Source: an uncultured Nitrospiraceae bacterium
GTDB lineage: Bacteria; Nitrospirota; Nitrospiria; Nitrospirales; Nitrospiraceae
NCBI GenBank assembly: GCA_963706325.1
Contig: CAVPLT010000005.1
Coordinates: 160,001 to 224,000 of the forward strand
DNA length: 64,000 nucleotides
Direction: 5' to 3'
The position numbers and the translations under genes are program-made. Shown here piece after piece: positions 59,344 through 64,000 of this stretch (its first letter is position 1; the number at the start of each line of letters is the position of its first letter). The notes under the pieces were generated by a model. That model had not been told where the DNA came from, did no database searches, and was given only the letters and a program-made list of their open reading frames with translations.

Positions 59344-62013
59344 ATGGATCTAATTACGACCCACCTGAATGCGGACTTCGACGGCTTAGCCTCCATGGTC
59401 GCCGCCCGGAAGTTGTATCCCGGAGCGGTGCTGGCATTTCCTGGCGGTGCGCAGGAGGCGGTGCGAAATTTTCTTGCCGCACATGAGGTGAACATCAGCC
59501 GCCTCAAAGACGTCGCTTTCGATCAGGTGCGACGGTTGATACTGGTGGATGTTGAAGAGCCGGATCGTCTTGGCCCATTAAAAGTTCTCAGTTCGCGAGC
59601 GGACGTAGAGGTACATATTTACGATCATCATGGAGTGATTGAGTCTGGTGAGGGATCACGCTCACCCCAATGGCCCCTGGTCACGCAGCGGGACGTGCAA
59701 GCGGTCGGCGCCACAACGACCTTGCTCATCGAGAGATTGAAAGAGCAGAACATAGCCGTCACGGCTTCTGAAGCCACAATCCTTGCGCTGGGTCTGTACG
59801 AAGAAACAGGCTCATTTACCTATCCATCGACGACCCCACGCGATGTGGAGGCTGCGGTGTTTGTGTTGCGCGCGGGCGCCGATTTGAATGTCGTGGCGGA
59901 GACGCTGCGACATCCTCTGGACCCCGAGCTGATCGCGCTGCTGAATGACCTGCTGCAATCAGGGAAGGTCTATTATCTAGAGGGCCGCAAAATTCTTATG
60001 GCGTCCAGCACGTATGACCTCTATCGCGGTGATTTGGCTGAAGCCGTACAGCGTTTGGCAGAGTTGGAGGGCCTCGACGCGGTCATCGCCGCCATTGGAC
60101 TGGATGAAAAGGTTGAAATTATCGGGCGGAGCCGGCGGCCGGAAATCGATGTCGCGTGGATCGCACGCGAATTCGGCGGAGGCGGCCATGCCGTGGCCGC
60201 AGCTGCCAGCGTCAAAGGCCGGACGCTGGTGGAAGTTCGGGAACAATTGAACAGTCTGTTGATCCAGCGATACCGCCCCGCATTGTCGGCACGGGAGATC
60301 ATGACCACGCCGGTGAAATCGATTGCCGGGGATGCGACGATTTCTGAAGCGGAGCGGACTATGACGACATACGGAGTGAACGTCTTGCCCGTTATGGACA
60401 AGCAGGAACGGTATGTCGGAATCCTTTCGCGTGAGATCGTTCAGAAAGCGCTGTTCCATCGATTGGGAGATCAGCCGATCGGAGACTTCGCCAGAAGCGA
60501 CCAGTATCATGCTTATCCTGATACGCCGTTTCATGAGATCGAAGCGCGGATGATCGAACTGAATCAGCGTTTTGTTCCCGTGCTGTTGGGCGAAAAAGCG
60601 GTGGGTGTGATCACGCGGACGGATGTGCTCCGCAGCCTCCACGACGATGTGCTCGCCGATGCTCGCGCCATGCCGAAATCACTCATGGGGTTAGAGGCCT
60701 TGGGTGGGGTGCGACGACGCGATGTCGCCGGTCTGCTGCGTGACCGGCTACCCCCTGCCATGGTGCATGTGTTGCGGACCGCCGGGGAGTTGGCGGAGCG
60801 CCTTGGTTGTTCGGCCTACGTCGTTGGAGGGTTTGTGAGGGACCTGCTGCTCGACCTCGACAACCTCGACGTTGACCTGGTGGTTGAAGGCGACGGGATC
60901 GCATTTGCCCGCGCCTTGGCCAGGGATAACGGTGGCCGTGTCACTGTTCACGAGCGTTTTGGAACAGCAATGGTGCTCTTTCCAGACGGATTCAAGCTGG
61001 ACGTGGCGACGGCCCGCACAGAATACTATGAGTATCCGACCGCCTTGCCGACGGTCGAACAGAGTTCCATTAAGAAGGATCTCTACCGCCGGGATTTTAC
61101 CATTAATACGCTGGCTGTCAGGCTAAATCCTCTCGTATTCGGTCAGCTCCTCGACTTCTATGGAGGCCAGCGTGATCTTAAGGAGCGCATTATCCGAGTA
61201 CTCCACAGTTTGAGTTTCGTAGAGGACCCGACGCGAGTCTTTCGCGCGATTCGATTCGAACTGCGTTTCGGTTTTCGTTTAGGTAAGGAGACGTTGGCCT
61301 TGATCAAGGGCGCGGTCAAAATGGAATTGTTCCATCGACTCTCCGGCCAGCGATTGTTGGATGAACTACGCTGTGTGTTTTCTGAGAGAACGCCTCGACA
61401 TGCTGTTCGCCGATTGGCGGATCTCGATCTCTTGCGGTTCATTCACCCGAAGCTGGTCTGGTCGAACCGTCTGGACCGACGCTTGATTGAGGTGGAGGAG
61501 GCGTTGGATTGGTACAGGCTCTCTTGTCTTGATCGAGCACTGAGCCGGTGGCTTGTTTATGCCATGGCATTGGCCGAGGTGTTGCCAGAGCCCGCCGTCC
61601 AGGATTTGCTCGCACGGTTTCCAGTCGCAGAAAGGGAGCGCCGGGCGATCACCGCCGCACGGTTCACCACGCGGCACGTTTGCCGACAACTGAGCCGACG
61701 TTCGCCTCTTCGCCCGTCCGAGACGGTCCGATTGCTCGCCGGCTTGTCCGACGAAGTCCTCGTCTTTCTATTAGCCAAGAATGCATCCGAGTCAGCCAAA
61801 CGCCAAATTGTCGCCTACCTCACAACCTATCGAACCATCAAACCTGCGCTGACAGGGACCGAGCTGAAAACACTGGGTGTGCCCGCAGGCCCACAGTACA
61901 GCAAAATCCTGACGCGGTTGACCCAGGCACGGTTGGATGGCGAAGTGACGAGTGAGACGGAGGAACGAGAGCTGGTCAAACAAATCGTAGATCGGGACTG
62001 CGAGAGATCGTAG
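59344..62013 (+). CDS. DHH-DHHA1-CBS-class II tRNA nucleotidyltransferase (probably A-adding)
   Basis: HLNADFD, YDHH, GGGGH, a CBS pair, VGGFVRD..DVD, RRDFTIN and EDPTR motifs. Confidence 0.88.
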   Translation: MDLITTHLNADFDGLASMVAARKLYPGAVLAFPGGAQEAVRNFLAAHEVNISRLKDVAFDQVRRLILVDVEEPDRLGPLKVLSSRADVEVHIYDHHGVIESGEGSRSPQWPLVTQRDVQAVGATTTLLIERLKEQNIAVTASEATILALGLYEETGSFTYPSTTPRDVEAAVFVLRAGADLNVVAETLRHPLDPELIALLNDLLQSGKVYYLEGRKILMASSTYDLYRGDLAEAVQRLAELEGLDAVIAAIGLDEKVEIIGRSRRPEIDVAWIAREFGGGGHAVAAAASVKGRTLVEVREQLNSLLIQRYRPALSAREIMTTPVKSIAGDATISEAERTMTTYGVNVLPVMDKQERYVGILSREIVQKALFHRLGDQPIGDFARSDQYHAYPDTPFHEIEARMIELNQRFVPVLLGEKAVGVITRTDVLRSLHDDVLADARAMPKSLMGLEALGGVRRRDVAGLLRDRLPPAMVHVLRTAGELAERLGCSAYVVGGFVRDLLLDLDNLDVDLVVEGDGIAFARALARDNGGRVTVHERFGTAMVLFPDGFKLDVATARTEYYEYPTALPTVEQSSIKKDLYRRDFTINTLAVRLNPLVFGQLLDFYGGQRDLKERIIRVLHSLSFVEDPTRVFRAIRFELRFGFRLGKETLALIKGAVKMELFHRLSGQRLLDELRCVFSERTPRHAVRRLADLDLLRFIHPKLVWSNRLDRRLIEVEEALDWYRLSCLDRALSRWLVYAMALAEVLPEPAVQDLLARFPVAERERRAITAARFTTRHVCRQLSRRSPLRPSETVRLLAGLSDEVLVFLLAKNASESAKRQIVAYLTTYRTIKPALTGTELKTLGVPAGPQYSKILTRLTQARLDGEVTSETEERELVKQIVDRDCERS

Positions 62014-62119
62014 ATCTCGCTTCTCTTACAAGATGAATGTTGAGACTGGGTCAGTCACGCCAGATGGAGGATGTGCGGTGGTAATCGGGAGGAGCGATTC
62101 CAGTTACACGGCTGGAGGA

Positions 62120-62320
62120 TCAAGCTAAAGGCTCAACCGGCTCGAGTTCGTCCAGTGTCTCGACAGAACGAGCGTCTTTCCCCATCGCGGCGGTGATACC
62201 GTCATAGACGAAGCGAGCCGCGTCCGACCACTTTGGATTAAATGGGCGACCGCTAAAAGCAGCCTCGGCCGCTTTTTTCTCATCGTGGGTAATCTGTCGA
62301 GGAGTTAAGGTGCTGTCCAT
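62120..62320 (-). CDS. Small hypothetical protein (66 aa)
   Basis: HDEKKAAEAAFSGRPFNPKWS; TTGACA-16-TATTCT promoter 7 nt before the ATG. Confidence 0.7.
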   Translation of the reverse strand: MDSTLTPRQITHDEKKAAEAAFSGRPFNPKWSDAARFVYDGITAAMGKDARSVETLDELEPVEPLA

Positions 62321-62385
62321 AAGAATAAGAATAGATCGCTTCAGTGCATTGTCAAGGACCCTACAAAGCGAGGTGATCAATTTCC

Positions 62386-63014
62386 CTAGAGAAACGCCCT
62401 CACGTCTGATGCTGCAAGCGGTAGCAGGCGGTTCAGTTGAGCGAAGGTCGACCCCCAAAAGGTCCGCGGTCTTGCCCAAGTACGGGCGACAAACGGGAGG
62501 CTGTTGCCGAGGCGCAATTGCGCCTCGAGCGAGTTATCGTCGGCGATCTTTGTTGTGAGTGTGGCATACCCTCCGGTTGTCTGGCAATCTGCCATAAGCA
62601 AAATCGGCTGTCGATCGGCTTCCACGTATCAGGGCTCCATCGATTCCGCAGGCTAGGATGATAGAGACGTGTGCGTCCTATCGTCACAGGCCAAAATGCA
62701 GTCGGTTCCTGCCGGTATGGCGACCCCAGTCCACAGTGGAAGCGCACGGCCGTTGCTGGTTGAGGAAAGGTCTGCGCCGGTTATGGCAATGACACCGCCT
62801 GTTTGAAAAACAGTTCCGGTCCTCGGATCGTAAGTTCCAATCCAGCGGCATTTTCAGGGTTGCCGAGCAAAAGATTCCCGGCTACGAGGGCCCAGCGATC
62901 CATGGCGCCGCTGACCCAGTCGCCAAAGCGTTGATAGCCGTAGCGACCCAAGTCCTTGATTGTCATCAACAGACTGGGGTGCAGGACCTGGATGCATGGC
63001 GGATCAGATGGCCT
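62386..63014 (-). pseudogene. pxpC: Degraded 5-oxoprolinase subunit C (urea amidolyase AHS2-like)
   Basis: N-terminal IQVLHPSLLMTIKDLGRYGYQRFG..SGAMD stops at 62781; C-terminal QPILLMADCQTTGGY lies in another frame; the middle is largely missing. Confidence 0.85.
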
Positions 63015-63783
63015 GGTCCAATCGCACCACAACAGTCCTCCCATCATCATCAAACATCGTCCGCAACGCATGCGCCAGTCGCAGGGAGTCCGGAATGTCG
63101 CCGTGTAGACGGAGGGTGTCGATGCGGAGGTGCAGTAACGTGCCATCGATGGCTGGGATCGTTCCGTCGTGAATCAGCGAGTGCGCGCGGGAGACGACCG
63201 TCGATTCGTCATGAATCAGGGCGCCTTCCTGATCGCGTGGGACCAGTTGAGCGTCGGCACTATAGGCCCGGTCGGCAAATCCCTCGGCGGCGACGGCCAG
63301 GCCTCGTGCTTCTCCGGCAGAAAGAAGTTCGGATCCGGCAAATCCGACGAGGATCAACCTGCGATCGATCTGTTCTACGCTTGCAGCAACGGCGTCGGCG
63401 ATGGTGCGGTCGCGCGCGGCCATATTGTAGAGCGCCCCGTGTGGCTTGACATGTGTGAGTCGAAGGCCCTCAGCCTGACAGATAGCCATCAACTCGCTGA
63501 CCTGTGACAGAACCAGCTCTCGCAGCCATTCCTGGGACAACCGCTGTTCGCGACGGCCACGCGCGTCTCGGTCCGGCAGTCCGGGGTGCGCCCCGATCGC
63601 CAGGTCATGTTGCTGCGCGAGTTGTACGGTACGTCGTATCAGTGAGCCATTCCCTGCATGCGTGCCGCAGGCGATATTCACAGATGTTACATACGCCATG
63701 AGGCGTGCCTCTACATCCAGCTGCTCCGGCGTGGTCGCTTCTCCTAGATCGCAATTCAGGTCGATGGAACGTGGGTGATTCAT
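63004..63783 (-). CDS. pxpA: 5-oxoprolinase subunit A (LamB/YcsF)
   Basis: IDLNCDLGE, NIACG.HAG, IGAHPG, HVKPHGALYN, EGFADRAY and LHGD motifs. Confidence 0.9.
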   Translation of the reverse strand: MNHPRSIDLNCDLGEATTPEQLDVEARLMAYVTSVNIACGTHAGNGSLIRRTVQLAQQHDLAIGAHPGLPDRDARGRREQRLSQEWLRELVLSQVSELMAICQAEGLRLTHVKPHGALYNMAARDRTIADAVAASVEQIDRRLILVGFAGSELLSAGEARGLAVAAEGFADRAYSADAQLVPRDQEGALIHDESTVVSRAHSLIHDGTIPAIDGTLLHLRIDTLRLHGDIPDSLRLAHALRTMFDDDGRTVVVRLDQAI

Positions 63784-64000
63784 CTGTGGTCCGAAGAAAG
63801 GTTCCGGAAGCTCTCCACGTCGGGAGGAAAAACGTGCGCCTGGTTTTGAGCTGCGACCAGAAATGGCGTCCAGCAGCAAGTCACAAGGCGCCGGATGGAG
63901 GAAAATGGAATTGATGGCCGCGTCCACGAGTCTCAGTCACGCGACGTTTCTCCCCAAGGAACTATGCTGGTGCTGCGCAAGGCTACGGGGGAGAAATTAC

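Overview
A GC-rich bacterial chromosomal segment. Protein style and gene order suggest a Nitrospira-like organism, but that is an inference and was not verified. It is mostly core genome: lspA, uppP, a MacAB-like exporter, a class-1A pyrD, bioB, a LapA/LapB-like fusion, the rsfS-nadD-proB-obgE-rpmA-rplU block, ilvE, secG-tpiA-pgk-gap, mutS2, a sigma54 two-component pair, queG, thiI, trxB, coaE, a GH63-like/glycogen-debranching pair, and a DHH-CBS tRNA nucleotidyltransferase. I found no rRNA, tRNA, CRISPR array, integrase or transposase. The most notable observations are: (1) a family of five co-oriented, 110-190 bp palindromic MITE-like repeats with compensatory base changes, three of which start exactly at the stop codon of the upstream gene; (2) an orphan operon of an excisionase/BldC-like HTH, MraZ and RusA (possibly plus an HD-GYP gene) with no dcw genes nearby, preceded by tandem sigma70-like promoters and a TAG(C/G) direct-repeat array; (3) several housekeeping genes with a leaderless-mRNA signature; (4) a stand-alone LuxR HTH with a histone-H1-like lysine tail; (5) unannotated micro-proteins; (6) a frameshifted debranching gene and a decaying pxpA/pxpC locus. 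All calls come from reading the sequence by eye; no searches were run.
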